Shown: one piece after another, positions 48,779 through 58,221 of the stretch
Position numbering within the stretch: the first letter of the stretch is position 1
Layout of the letters: each line of letters begins with the position of its first letter
Notes under the pieces: model-generated
What the model saw: only the letters and a program-made list of their open reading frames with translations
Database searches by the model: none
What the model was told of the DNA's origin: nothing
Program-made: the position numbers and the translations under genes
Virus record (IMG/VR): IMGVR_UViG_2627853916_000003
Span: 1-64,000 of that record
DNA: 64,000 bases
Reading direction: 5' to 3' (one strand)
Source: a virus
Lineage: Duplodnaviria > Caudoviricetes

Positions 48779-49546
48779 CTACAGTGTAAACACCTCTGCT
48801 GTCGCGTCTTTGATGCTCGGTTTTTTCGTCTGGTTGCTGCAAATGGTAAACGAAATCGCCTTAGTGAAGTAGTCCAGCGCCAAGGTGCGTTCCTCTTTCG
48901 ACGCAATGATCATTGCCTCAATCACCTTGCTTGAGCTGGCCACGCCACCAGCAAGCGGAGTCATTACCTCGTTTAGTGCATCGGCCTTGTTGGCCAGTTC
49001 TGGCGGTAAGACTGGCGGCGGCAAGGTTGCACCTCCACCCGTACCACTTTCGCCCGTTGGTGGCGCTGGTGGCGTCAATGCGCTGTTGATTTGCGCCATT
49101 AGGGACACGGCCTCATCAACATGGCCAGAAATACCGTTGATCACTGCCTCAAGCGCTTTCAGTTCTTCCTTGCTGGTAATTGGCAAGATACTCGGAGCGG
49201 GTACGTTGTCCTCTGTACCATCTACCTTGCGCTTAATGTTCACACCAATAGACACTTGCTCTAGGTCGGTTGGGTCGGTGATCAACACTAGGTGCTCATT
49301 CCATTGCGTTAACGTGGCCACGGTTGCGCTCACTGAGACATTTAAGCCCTTAAGCGTTGCGACTAGCTTTGATGCGCCTTGGTAGTCCTCAATATCCTCG
49401 CTCACGCAGCCTGATAGCTTCTCTGACAAACTTTCACACTTCACCTTAAGGGATTTACCTCGGGTAAGGTTCTCCGCTTCCTTAAGGCCGCCTACGTCTA
49501 AAAACTGGCGAAACTGCTCGATTTGCTCTTGTGTGTCTAACATCAA
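48779..49546 (-). CDS. upfB: UpfB-like baseplate-associated protein
   Basis: GGG-ATLPPP linker and N-terminus resemble P1 UpfB; next to PAAR. Confidence 0.65.
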   Translation of the reverse strand: MMLDTQEQIEQFRQFLDVGGLKEAENLTRGKSLKVKCESLSEKLSGCVSEDIEDYQGASKLVATLKGLNVSVSATVATLTQWNEHLVLITDPTDLEQVSIGVNIKRKVDGTEDNVPAPSILPITSKEELKALEAVINGISGHVDEAVSLMAQINSALTPPAPPTGESGTGGGATLPPPVLPPELANKADALNEVMTPLAGGVASSSKVIEAMIIASKEERTLALDYFTKAISFTICSNQTKKPSIKDATAEVFTL

Positions 49547-49552
49547 ATTGCC

Positions 49553-49837
49553 TCAATCAATCGTCATTAAGTCGTTACCGTTCACCAGCGTAGCGCCACA
49601 CCCAAGGGCATCGCCTACTACTGCGACCGGAACGCCATTAACAGTAAGTTTTGAACTACCAGTAATAACGCCAACGTGCGGCGGGTTATCTGGTTTTACG
49701 TGCATGACGGATATATCACCCGTCCCTAAAACGTTGACTCCATTCACGGTCAGTAGTGGTTGGCCAGTAACAAAAACACCTGGACTAAAGCCACCATGAC
49801 CACTATCCACACTCCCTACAATTCCTACGGCTGGCAT
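49553..49837 (-). CDS. PAAR spike-tip protein (UpfC-like)
   Basis: SGHGGF, VNGVPVAVVGDALGCG. Confidence 0.9.
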   Translation of the reverse strand: MPAVGIVGSVDSGHGGFSPGVFVTGQPLLTVNGVNVLGTGDISVMHVKPDNPPHVGVITGSSKLTVNGVPVAVVGDALGCGATLVNGNDLMTID

Positions 49838-49843
49838 GGCGCA

Positions 49844-50614
49844 CTACCCTAATGTAAATGGAGCTGCGGCAGCCTTAACAGCGAACTGGCCACCAGCATC
49901 GATATTGACGTTACCACTCGCTTTAATGGTCACTTCATTGCCCTCTAGGTTGGCTTTACCGGAGGCTTTTACGGTTGCATTACCACCCGCTTCGATGTTC
50001 GCATCGCCTTTCACTTTGATAGTTAGTGCGCCTCCAACTTGCTCCAATGTGTTCCCTGTTGAGCTGCGAAACGCATTGCCCTCGACGTGGATAACACATT
50101 GGCCATCTGGCGTAATTTCAATGGCCGTGCCGCTTTGGGTATGCGTAACTGAGTAGCCGCCTTGATGCGTGATGAGCTCGCGCAAACCAAATCGCACAAA
50201 GAGCGCATCTTTGCGGTCATAGGCTGGTGGCTCGGGTTCACCCTCGGCTCGTTTAGGCTGATAGGCTTCGCCGTTCACCTCGCTTGGTAGGTACGATTCG
50301 TAGTTAGGCGCGTAGTAAAGCGATCCGGTAATACGGGGATAACGGGTATCGCCATTGCGAGGAAAATCCACCCAAACCAGATCGCCTTTTTCCACTGGCA
50401 CGACTTGGCCACAACTCGGTTTTGCACCTAATGGCAGTAGAAACTCGGCAAAGGGGAGATCTTTATCGGGGATAGCATCCCAATAGCCAAGCAAGCGAAC
50501 CGATACCATGTACAAGCCTTTCGGATGGACAGGATTAACCACCTCGGCCTGATAGCTACCAAACAAGCGGTTAGTGACGTTGGTGCGTGTTCTGTTCTCT
50601 GACGAATCGCTCAT
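49844..50614 (-). CDS. Baseplate spike (P1 gp5/gpV-like)
   Basis: OB fold GDLVWVDF, beta-helix C-terminus. Confidence 0.85.
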   Translation of the reverse strand: MSDSSENRTRTNVTNRLFGSYQAEVVNPVHPKGLYMVSVRLLGYWDAIPDKDLPFAEFLLPLGAKPSCGQVVPVEKGDLVWVDFPRNGDTRYPRITGSLYYAPNYESYLPSEVNGEAYQPKRAEGEPEPPAYDRKDALFVRFGLRELITHQGGYSVTHTQSGTAIEITPDGQCVIHVEGNAFRSSTGNTLEQVGGALTIKVKGDANIEAGGNATVKASGKANLEGNEVTIKASGNVNIDAGGQFAVKAAAAPFTLG

Positions 50615-51588
50615 AGGTTTCGCACTCCTAACTCGATACGACACTGATACCGGTTCCCACGTTGGCAATGGGCGACACGGTTCATGATTTGTTTCTCTGG
50701 CATGGACTCATCCAGCTCGGTAGCGGGTAGCCGTTTATGGAATAGCACTGAGCACACCGAAAGAGGCGTAAAGGCGGTATTTCCGGTAAGTTCCACATCC
50801 AAAATAGGGATGATGGCCATGTGTTGATTATTCAGCGCCTTGGCTTGTGGAACGCTAACCATAACCATAGCGCCCGAACGTTTACCGCCTTGGAAGCCCT
50901 CGACGGTATCCCAAGAGGCATAGTTACGGTTAAGAACGCGCTCAAACAGGGCTTCCTCTCCGATAATGGAGTAGTTCGCAATGCTGTGCTCTGCTTCCTC
51001 TGGATTCGACTGTTCCAGCTTGAATTGCTCGCTCATATCCATGTTCTTGAGCGACTTAAAGTGCATAACACCACGGCAGATAAACGCTGCTGAACCGTAA
51101 TCTCTGGCCATTGTTCGAATTAAGCGAGACTTAGTGCCACCAGCGTTTAAATGGTACGTAGCGCCACGCTCAAAGCTGTCACATTCGATTTTTAGGTCGG
51201 GTAATAGCTCGGCCAGAATGTCTCTAGGCTGCATTTCGACAAAGAATCGAGGCGTTGTGACTGGCTCTTTAAGTAGGTGCGCGTCCTTTTGGAACGCTTG
51301 AACCGTTAGCATGCCGTCAGCGCTGGTGGACTTGGCCACAATGAATTTTTCAATCCAAACCTGATCGCCTCGTTCGTTCACATCGGCCATCGTGACCTCG
51401 ATCTCTGAACCGCGCTTAATCCCGTAGTCATCCCGATAAACGGCAGCCTGATCCATGATTTCCATTACCAGCTTATTGCCGTCCATCGAAGCGCACTCAA
51501 TGTAGGTAAACGAATGTACGTCCTCGATGGTGATGTCATTTCCGTTGGTGACAACTTTTTGGGCGAGAAAGTATTCTTTGTTACTCAA
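50611..51588 (-). CDS. Baseplate hub (P1 gp6-like)
   Basis: Synteny; probable TTG start at 51588. Confidence 0.75.
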   Translation of the reverse strand: MSNKEYFLAQKVVTNGNDITIEDVHSFTYIECASMDGNKLVMEIMDQAAVYRDDYGIKRGSEIEVTMADVNERGDQVWIEKFIVAKSTSADGMLTVQAFQKDAHLLKEPVTTPRFFVEMQPRDILAELLPDLKIECDSFERGATYHLNAGGTKSRLIRTMARDYGSAAFICRGVMHFKSLKNMDMSEQFKLEQSNPEEAEHSIANYSIIGEEALFERVLNRNYASWDTVEGFQGGKRSGAMVMVSVPQAKALNNQHMAIIPILDVELTGNTAFTPLSVCSVLFHKRLPATELDESMPEKQIMNRVAHCQRGNRYQCRIELGVRNL

Positions 51589-52342
51589 TGACTCGACCTC
51601 CCACGCCAATCGCGCCCTGACGGACAGTAATCGACTCGGCCTCATAAACCTCTGCAATCACTTCAAAAGAGATTGAGGAAGCAAACAGGCGAGTATTTTC
51701 ATGGTCTACTTCGGCGGGTTCGGTCATCGCATCTTTACGGCCACGGATCTCGATGCTGATTTCCATTTCAGTACCCGCGAGCATGGTTTTCGCTCTGAAT
51801 ACGTGCTTACGCTTGCCCTTGGTATGACGTAACCAAACCATTAAACCTAGCGCTAGGCGGCTAAGGGTAGACTGGTTCCAAGCTAGGGCATTAATGCGGT
51901 AGGTAAGCGCGACAAAGGACTTATTAACCACGGCATAAGGCTGGCCTTGCTCATTGGCCAGTTCGCCATAGTCAGCAATATCGACGTACTCCGCGCCATC
52001 AACAAACCCAATCACCGGATCGCGCGTGATATAGCAAACAGGCACAAGCTCATTGCGGTTCGCTTTCACCTTGTCGCCTAACTTGGCCGTTAACTTAGAT
52101 AGGAATGACACTGGATCGGTAAAGTTGCCGTAATAAATCTTTCTCGACTTATCACGGCCAACAAAGCGAGAAAACTCACTGTTCTCTCGCCGTTTAGTGT
52201 CAGTCACAACTAAGGAATCAAGCACGTTCTGGAAAAAGGCTGCCACCGCACGGTCAATATCGGTTAACTCTGTGTGTTCCACCTTGCCATCGAATGTCAC
52301 TACATCGCATGGGATTTCAAAGAACGCATCGTCCAGTTGCAT
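51581..52342 (-). CDS. Tail completion protein (P1 gp24-like)
   Basis: Synteny. Confidence 0.65.
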   Translation of the reverse strand: MQLDDAFFEIPCDVVTFDGKVEHTELTDIDRAVAAFFQNVLDSLVVTDTKRRENSEFSRFVGRDKSRKIYYGNFTDPVSFLSKLTAKLGDKVKANRNELVPVCYITRDPVIGFVDGAEYVDIADYGELANEQGQPYAVVNKSFVALTYRINALAWNQSTLSRLALGLMVWLRHTKGKRKHVFRAKTMLAGTEMEISIEIRGRKDAMTEPAEVDHENTRLFASSISFEVIAEVYEAESITVRQGAIGVGGRVIE

Positions 52343-52344
52343 GA

Positions 52345-52890
52345 TTAGTCCTCCAAATCGTCCAGCTCGTAATACTTACGGCCTTTCACGATAGTGATGC
52401 ACTTATCGCTTCGGTGTAAGGTCACATCGAACTTGTGGAAGTTGCTCGTTAGGATAGGGAGGTAAGCTGATACAGGCTCATTGCGCTGGTAGCCGTCTCG
52501 CGTTTTGCGGCCTTTACCGGATCGGTTGCCCTCATTGATTTGAATGACCGCGCAATCAAAATCAATCTTGGCCATGTCTGCGATCGCTGCGTCTAGGTCT
52601 TTGTGCATGTTAAGCACGTTCGCGCATAACATGACGCAAAAACGGCGTTTTGAGCTATCAATTTCGGCAATATTGTTTACTACGCCTTTCGCTTTCGAGT
52701 TCGGGTCATAGTGAGTGACCGTCATAATCTGCTTGTGGTAGTTAGTGAGGTATTCTTCTGTTAGGTCGGGAAACTTACCGCAACCAAAGTTAAGAATGTT
52801 TTTCGCGTATGACCAGTTAGGTGCAAGTCTGCTAAGGCACTTGGCACTGGCTGGCACTTGCTTTCGGCTAGTCTGTAATGTCATGCACAC
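52345..52890 (-). CDS. Small SAM-dependent methyltransferase-like protein
   Basis: ILNFGCGK motif I, YDP, CANVLN, GYQRN. Confidence 0.75.
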   Translation of the reverse strand: MCMTLQTSRKQVPASAKCLSRLAPNWSYAKNILNFGCGKFPDLTEEYLTNYHKQIMTVTHYDPNSKAKGVVNNIAEIDSSKRRFCVMLCANVLNMHKDLDAAIADMAKIDFDCAVIQINEGNRSGKGRKTRDGYQRNEPVSAYLPILTSNFHKFDVTLHRSDKCITIVKGRKYYELDDLED

Positions 52891-52944
52891 TCCAAAATTG
52901 GAGTGGCGCTTTAAGGATGGGTTGGAATAGGGCTGATATTAGCG

Positions 52945-53565
52945 TTAAAGCTCGATCACTTCACCGTCTTGTAAGTTTTCTTCCGGTTCTGGTAAGAAAT
53001 CCTCCACTGGCTCGGGTTCTGACTCAATTGAACTATCCGGCAATTCCGGTAAGTTCGCTGGTGGCTGATTAAAATCACGCATTGGTATGCAGATATAGAT
53101 CACGCCCACGTTCGCCGTGCCATAGCCAACGGCCTTATGTACGTACCACCACACGGTTCGTAATCCCTCGGCAGTTTCTTCATCCCATTCCAGCACACTA
53201 CCGATAGGAACATGGTGCGAAGCAATACGCAGCATTAGCGGCTCTAAGGACTCGCCAAGGTTTTCGTCGCCATCGTCCATCATGAAAAAGTTCTCTTGCT
53301 CATCTGGACAATCCAACAAAGCCACCAGCTCCGGATCGCTATAAGTGAGCGTGTCTTGGTTGGTTTCGAGCTCTAACACTGACTCGTTTTGGTAATTATC
53401 ATCCGTTGGTGCGGATTCTGGCTCTACAGGACGATACAGGGACGCTTCAAAGTGATCAGGTGATAGTTTGATAGCCTTAATCCAATCTTCCCTTAAAACG
53501 CGATTAAAGGGCTCATGGCCTTGGTATCGAACCTTTCTTGCTACAGGTTTAACTACGTCACTCAC
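52945..53565 (-). CDS. P1 gp7-like tail/neck protein
   Basis: GHEPFN...DW, VPIGSVLEW, WWYVH; synteny. Confidence 0.65.
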   Translation of the reverse strand: MSDVVKPVARKVRYQGHEPFNRVLREDWIKAIKLSPDHFEASLYRPVEPESAPTDDNYQNESVLELETNQDTLTYSDPELVALLDCPDEQENFFMMDDGDENLGESLEPLMLRIASHHVPIGSVLEWDEETAEGLRTVWWYVHKAVGYGTANVGVIYICIPMRDFNQPPANLPELPDSSIESEPEPVEDFLPEPEENLQDGEVIEL

Positions 53566-54713
53566 TTGATGATTCTCTCTAATTTGCTTGGTGTTACGTT
53601 CATCAATTTTGCGAAGTCGGCCAGCGCTTCACCCTTAGTCTTTCCTTGCAGTTTGTAGCCGTCATGGAAGTTCTGGAAGCCGACCTTAATCATATCGATA
53701 TAACCTTTCTTCTCGTTGGACTCCTTACGCAGTTTGCGCGCTTGGCGCTTGATGGTTTCGCTTTCCCGTTTCTGTTTGGCGATCTGTTTTTCCATTGCTT
53801 TCTGAGCGCGTAGATATTTCGCGTGTTCGCGCGTAGCGGCGGCCTTATCCACCACCGTTTTACGGTTGCGAGCGGCGGCTTTCTTCTCGCGTTCGTTGAG
53901 CAAGTACGTCTTGTTATCTGAGCCAAAACCAACACGGCGCGCTTGCTGCTTCATTTGGTTGGCCAAGATGCGTTGCCATGCCAGCGATTGCAGCATGGTT
54001 GTTGCCTTAAGAACGTGTTTACATGCCACACCGGACAATTCAGGGTTTCGGATTTTCGGGAAAGCAAACTCTTTAGGCGGCGCTATGCAGTAGTTACCCA
54101 TAGTGGCCAAGTATCGATACCAATACTGGTGACGGCCACAGTCGCAATCAAAGGAAATACGGCCAGCACACGCCAGTTGCACCGCTTGGTTGTAATCCCC
54201 GTTAGGCGGTTCGTGTAGTAGTTCATCCCACTGCTCAAAACGCACCTTTACTCGGTGTTCCTCATGTTTCGATACGCTTGAGGCTCGAACACGAATCAGC
54301 GCGATATTGTTCTTAATACCGAACATCGTGGCCTTGTGAATGCCTGTACCGTCATCGACACGGTTGTTTGCACGGTCTACGTCGATTTGACGCGAGTTCT
54401 TCACCAAAAAGGCGTAGGTGATACCCGCTGTCTTGCTGTCATAGACCTCTTTGTGTCGCTGGCGAGCCTTGTCGAACTTGATCAGGTCTTCTTTGGTAAA
54501 TCGTTGCCCTTTAGCCTTTTCGCCTAGCGCCTTTAACGCCTTGTTGGTTGGTTTGGTCAGCGTTGAGGCGGTCAGCGTTCGCTTGGCATTGCGGCGGTTT
54601 TTCTTTTGCGCCTGTTCAATCTTGTTGAATAGCTGGTTGAACTGCTTTTCATTGAGGCCAAGGCTGGCAAATGAGCCGTTATCCCGTTTTTCCGCTTCAA
54701 ACTTCTTCGGCAT
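53562..54713 (-). CDS. P1 gp25-like protein with SWIM-type Zn finger
   Basis: CDCGRHQYWYRY...ACKH. Confidence 0.75.
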   Translation of the reverse strand: MPKKFEAEKRDNGSFASLGLNEKQFNQLFNKIEQAQKKNRRNAKRTLTASTLTKPTNKALKALGEKAKGQRFTKEDLIKFDKARQRHKEVYDSKTAGITYAFLVKNSRQIDVDRANNRVDDGTGIHKATMFGIKNNIALIRVRASSVSKHEEHRVKVRFEQWDELLHEPPNGDYNQAVQLACAGRISFDCDCGRHQYWYRYLATMGNYCIAPPKEFAFPKIRNPELSGVACKHVLKATTMLQSLAWQRILANQMKQQARRVGFGSDNKTYLLNEREKKAAARNRKTVVDKAAATREHAKYLRAQKAMEKQIAKQKRESETIKRQARKLRKESNEKKGYIDMIKVGFQNFHDGYKLQGKTKGEALADFAKLMNVTPSKLERIIK

Positions 54714-54716
54714 AGG

Positions 54717-55046
54717 TTACAGCCCCATTTCGTCCATGAATTGACGCATAGAGCGGCGCACCCACGCTGCTGGTGGCAGTTTGATAGTTTGGCCAACGGG
54801 TAGCGGATTCATTGGGTCATCTACGTCACAAACCAGACTCACTAGCCAATCAAGCTCAACCGTGCCATAGGCGCGATAAGAGGCCAGATCGGCACGGTAG
54901 GTTTCATCAAGTCGAATGGTGTACTCAAACAGCTCGGTATTGCCCGAACGGTTGACGTATTCCATGACTTTCGCAAAGAAATGCGCCCGTAGAATATCGT
55001 CCTCGATGTTCTCTGCTGAGAGGCGGGATAACTTACTCATGATCAC
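54717..55046 (-). CDS. Baseplate protein (P1 gp26-like, LysM-like)
   Basis: YRADLASYRAYG...LPVGQTIKLP. Confidence 0.8.
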   Translation of the reverse strand: MIMSKLSRLSAENIEDDILRAHFFAKVMEYVNRSGNTELFEYTIRLDETYRADLASYRAYGTVELDWLVSLVCDVDDPMNPLPVGQTIKLPPAAWVRRSMRQFMDEMGL

Positions 55047-55665
55047 CTCCCATACGATACTTACCGTCTGCGATTAGCCCCGTTTTGGCCTTAAACAGTC
55101 CAAACGCGCGCGAGGCCATTTCCGGCTCTTTCTTGGGCTTGCGTAACATGCCAAACAAGCTCTTAAGCGTTACCGTGTCGTTAAGGTTGTCTTGTGTGGC
55201 CGCATAGACCACAAACATGAGCGCGTAGGTATCAGGGCGCAGTTCTGACCAGTCGATGTTGTACATTGGCTTGCCATCTGTTCCCCGTACTTCTTCCACG
55301 ATGGACGGCGACACTTCATAGCGGCCACCAGCATTAGGCGGGTAGGTGATAGCATTTAGGGATGAGAGATAGTTATAGGCTTCCATTGCCGACACAATGA
55401 TCGGTCTGCCTTTTGCGTCCAGCTCGGATAAGCGAACGGCGCGCCCATACTTCGCAAAATAGGGCGTAACCTCGTCCACCAGCACAATAAAACCGCCTTT
55501 TTTGAGCTTTTCTAGCTTCTTAGGCAAGGTAAGTTTGAGGCTCATTAAAGAGCGCTCTAATTGCTGGCATTCGATGATATGGAGTTGGCCATCATCCACA
55601 CCAGCAAGCATAAGCCGTGGCTGGCCGGATGATAGAGTGAGTACAGCTATGCGCTTTCGTGCCAT
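55033..55665 (-). CDS. P1 Pmg-type morphogenetic protein (possibly PmgR-like)
   Basis: IVLVDEVTP, GRPIIV, IDWSELRP recall a P1 morphogenesis protein. Confidence 0.5.
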   Translation of the reverse strand: MARKRIAVLTLSSGQPRLMLAGVDDGQLHIIECQQLERSLMSLKLTLPKKLEKLKKGGFIVLVDEVTPYFAKYGRAVRLSELDAKGRPIIVSAMEAYNYLSSLNAITYPPNAGGRYEVSPSIVEEVRGTDGKPMYNIDWSELRPDTYALMFVVYAATQDNLNDTVTLKSLFGMLRKPKKEPEMASRAFGLFKAKTGLIADGKYRMGGDHE

Positions 55666-55762
55666 GTTGTGACCTCTAAGCGCGCTTTTTAAGATGGGGA
55701 ATCTTGGTCAGTTTAACACCATTAACCAAGCTTTTGAGCCTCGTTAATGGTGTTTATGTTAA

Positions 55763-56437
55763 TTAATGTTCGGAATGCTTAGGATAAATATTTTCCAGTA
55801 GTTCAAGCGGCAATCCCGCCAGCTTATAGACCTTAAACAACAGCTCTATCTCTGTACCGTTGTAGATCTTCCATTGCGCCTTACCGCCGTATTTCCCTTT
55901 CGCATGGAGCGGTATCATATCTGGATACTGAGCACGCTTATCCGCTTCCAGTAGCGTGTCGTGGTGATAACAACACAAGGGTAATACATACGCATGCGCC
56001 CGTTCACCAACACGGCCAAACACATGATGTAAGGAAATCACCGGATTCTCTCGGCCATGCAGCCAACACGCAATACATGGTAAGCGGCCAATGGCATCCA
56101 TGATGCGCCTTTCCTCTGCTGTTGGCGTTCGGCCTTTCAATCCCTTACTGGCGATCTTTTTGGTTGGTTTCTTCACTACAGGCTTTGCCTTTTGGCGCTC
56201 GATGCGCTGTTGCTGTTTGTCACGCTGCTTTTTCTGGTATTCGGGATCATTTAAGCGCTCGATTTGGCGCTGACGCTGACGTTCTTGCTGCTGTAATTGC
56301 TTTTTGAAGCGCTTCTCCCGTTCCTCGGGATCATTCATCTTGGCGATTTGCTTTGCGCGCGCCCGTTCCATTGATTGTTTTTGCTTCTCTCGTTGTCTTT
56401 GAAGTTTCTCTGCTATTGTCAAAGCCATTAAAAACAC
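55763..56437 (-). CDS. ref: Ref, RecA-dependent HNH nuclease
   Basis: GLKGRTPTAEERRI...LPCIAC...SLHH...LPLC..HH as in P1 Ref. Confidence 0.93.
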   Translation of the reverse strand: MFLMALTIAEKLQRQREKQKQSMERARAKQIAKMNDPEEREKRFKKQLQQQERQRQRQIERLNDPEYQKKQRDKQQQRIERQKAKPVVKKPTKKIASKGLKGRTPTAEERRIMDAIGRLPCIACWLHGRENPVISLHHVFGRVGERAHAYVLPLCCYHHDTLLEADKRAQYPDMIPLHAKGKYGGKAQWKIYNGTEIELLFKVYKLAGLPLELLENIYPKHSEH

Positions 56438-56537
56438 CTACTATTCGCTTTGCTCATGTTTCACATTTGCTGGTGGAACACGAAAAGGCTGGTAACTCGA
56501 ATTTTTGCTGATTCGAACTGTTTGCTAAGGCCAGCCG

Positions 56538-56568
56538 CAAAAAAACCGCGTTTATTCGCGGTTTTTTT
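56538..56568. terminator. Bidirectional terminator
   Basis: AAAAAAACCGCGtttattCGCGGTTTTTTT. Confidence 0.75.
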
Positions 56569-56575
56569 GTACCTA

Positions 56576-56764
56576 TCAAAAGTAACTCTCAATCAAAACC
56601 CGATGGCATGGTTTGCCCTCATCGTTGCGAAGTCTCTGCCCTAAAGTGACGATCTTCATCAACTTGCCCTCATAGTCCCAAGGCTGGTTTCGAGTTAAGC
56701 ACTCTTTGGCTCGTTTAAGTGCTGGCGAGCCAACTAAGAGATAAACGGCCTTTCTAGGTTTCAT
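56576..56764 (-). CDS. Hypothetical protein
   Basis: ATGA overlap with the aphA-like gene; GGAGG SD. Confidence 0.6.
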   Translation of the reverse strand: MKPRKAVYLLVGSPALKRAKECLTRNQPWDYEGKLMKIVTLGQRLRNDEGKPCHRVLIESYF

Positions 56765-57294
56765 GCAGCGTCCTCCGTAGCAATGCTTGAGGAAGTGATC
56801 ATTGATAGCGAACGTTCGGCAAACTTAAGCTCTGCTTTACGCATATCAATGTCGCGCTCTACATGCAGTGTGAAGTTGTCACAGAACACGCCTTTCTCTT
56901 TCTGGTGCGCGTTCAGCTTCTCTTTAAGTTGAGTGATTTCTTGATTGAGTTTTTCAATGTACGACTTGAAGTAGGTCTCGCTGCCGATTTCCAGCATCAC
57001 CGATGCAGGACAGCGAATGATAGACAGGTCGCGGCACGTAGATTCGTTGCGTAAAAGGTCAAGAACGCGCTCACCATCTTGAGTTAGTGTGTAATTCTTG
57101 CGGTCTGGTTTGCCGTCTTGAGCTTCCAGTTCGTGTGATACTAAGCCCTTTTCAGCCATGCGATTTAGTTCGCGGTACACTTGCTGGTGGCTGGCTTGCC
57201 ATGCGCCAGATTCAGGCATGGATTTGTTTGTTAAGTCGTAACCAGTTTGTGTTTTTTGCTCAAGAATTGATAGAAGTAGATTACCCAAAGTCAT
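56761..57294 (-). CDS. AphA-like PadR-family transcription factor
   Basis: TGYDLT...WQASHQQVYRELNRM..GLV...Q.GKPDRK.Y..TQ.G closely matches Vibrio AphA; 177 aa. Confidence 0.88.
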   Translation of the reverse strand: MTLGNLLLSILEQKTQTGYDLTNKSMPESGAWQASHQQVYRELNRMAEKGLVSHELEAQDGKPDRKNYTLTQDGERVLDLLRNESTCRDLSIIRCPASVMLEIGSETYFKSYIEKLNQEITQLKEKLNAHQKEKGVFCDNFTLHVERDIDMRKAELKFAERSLSMITSSSIATEDAA

Positions 57295-57310
57295 AGTTAG
57301 TTACCTTTTG

Positions 57311-57769
57311 TTATTGTTGCCAAATTTCACCTGAGTCCTCGTCAATAAATCCATGACATAGGTACTCTCTACTTGTTGAGTAATGCGTAAGTCTTCCCTT
57401 TAACGCTTTTTTGTTGCGGTTATGCCAGTGCTCGTATCCGGCAGTAAACGCATATTGGTTATTGTTGTAATCTGCATAATGCAGATCTGAGCCATTGCGA
57501 GCCTCACTTACTCCCGCCGACCAGCTTGCTAGAAAATCGTCACGCTCATTGAGTTTGATGGCTTGTCGCTCATCATCATGCACCCCAAGTAGCGTGATAA
57601 TTCCTAGCCCTTGCATGCGGTCAATGACGGTCGTATCGAAATAGCCGATGTAGATTTCATCGTGTGGGATAAATTCTACTTGTGGTGGCATTTCGTAGAC
57701 CGTGCCATCTAGCGGTAGAGCTTCCATAAGCTCTATGAGTAGGCTCAACTGGTTTTTTGGAATTGCCAT
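57311..57769 (-). CDS. Hypothetical protein
   Basis: 152-aa ORF in the same operon as the aphA-like gene. Confidence 0.65.
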   Translation of the reverse strand: MAIPKNQLSLLIELMEALPLDGTVYEMPPQVEFIPHDEIYIGYFDTTVIDRMQGLGIITLLGVHDDERQAIKLNERDDFLASWSAGVSEARNGSDLHYADYNNNQYAFTAGYEHWHNRNKKALKGRLTHYSTSREYLCHGFIDEDSGEIWQQ

Positions 57770-58016
57770 TGGCCAGCGCCTTGTCTAGTTGTTTAACCAC
57801 ATCAGCGCACATGGAAAAGCGAGGCATTTCATTTCGTATCGCTTTTTCGTCTGCGCCCTCAATAAAGGCTTTCGCCTCATCTGCACTCCCTAACACCCAA
57901 CTCACACATACGTTCGCTACCGCGCCAGCGTTGCGGCTAATGGCCATCGATACTGTTGCTCCGTGGTTAGACAGGACAATAGTGCCTTTGCTGGTATTGA
58001 ACTTTTTTATGGTCAT
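57657..58016 (-). CDS. Hypothetical protein
   Basis: Probable start MTIKKFN; overlaps the next ORF. Confidence 0.5.
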   Translation of the reverse strand: MTIKKFNTSKGTIVLSNHGATVSMAISRNAGAVANVCVSWVLGSADEAKAFIEGADEKAIRNEMPRFSMCADVVKQLDKALANGNSKKPVEPTHRAYGSSTARWHGLRNATTSRIYPTR

Positions 58017-58221
58017 TGGTCGATAATTTATGAACCGTGTTCGGAATGTTGGAAAAAAGACTACCACAACAAATTTTGGATATGCAACCACTAATTTGCA
58101 CCTTAACATCAAAATTTTATAGCTCGATAAAAATTTGCGTGTTCGGAATAAAAAGGTGTTGCCATAATCCAAAAATGGGATTAGATTACGCCCCAAGCAA
58201 ACAGTCGGAGCAGTTTAAGAA

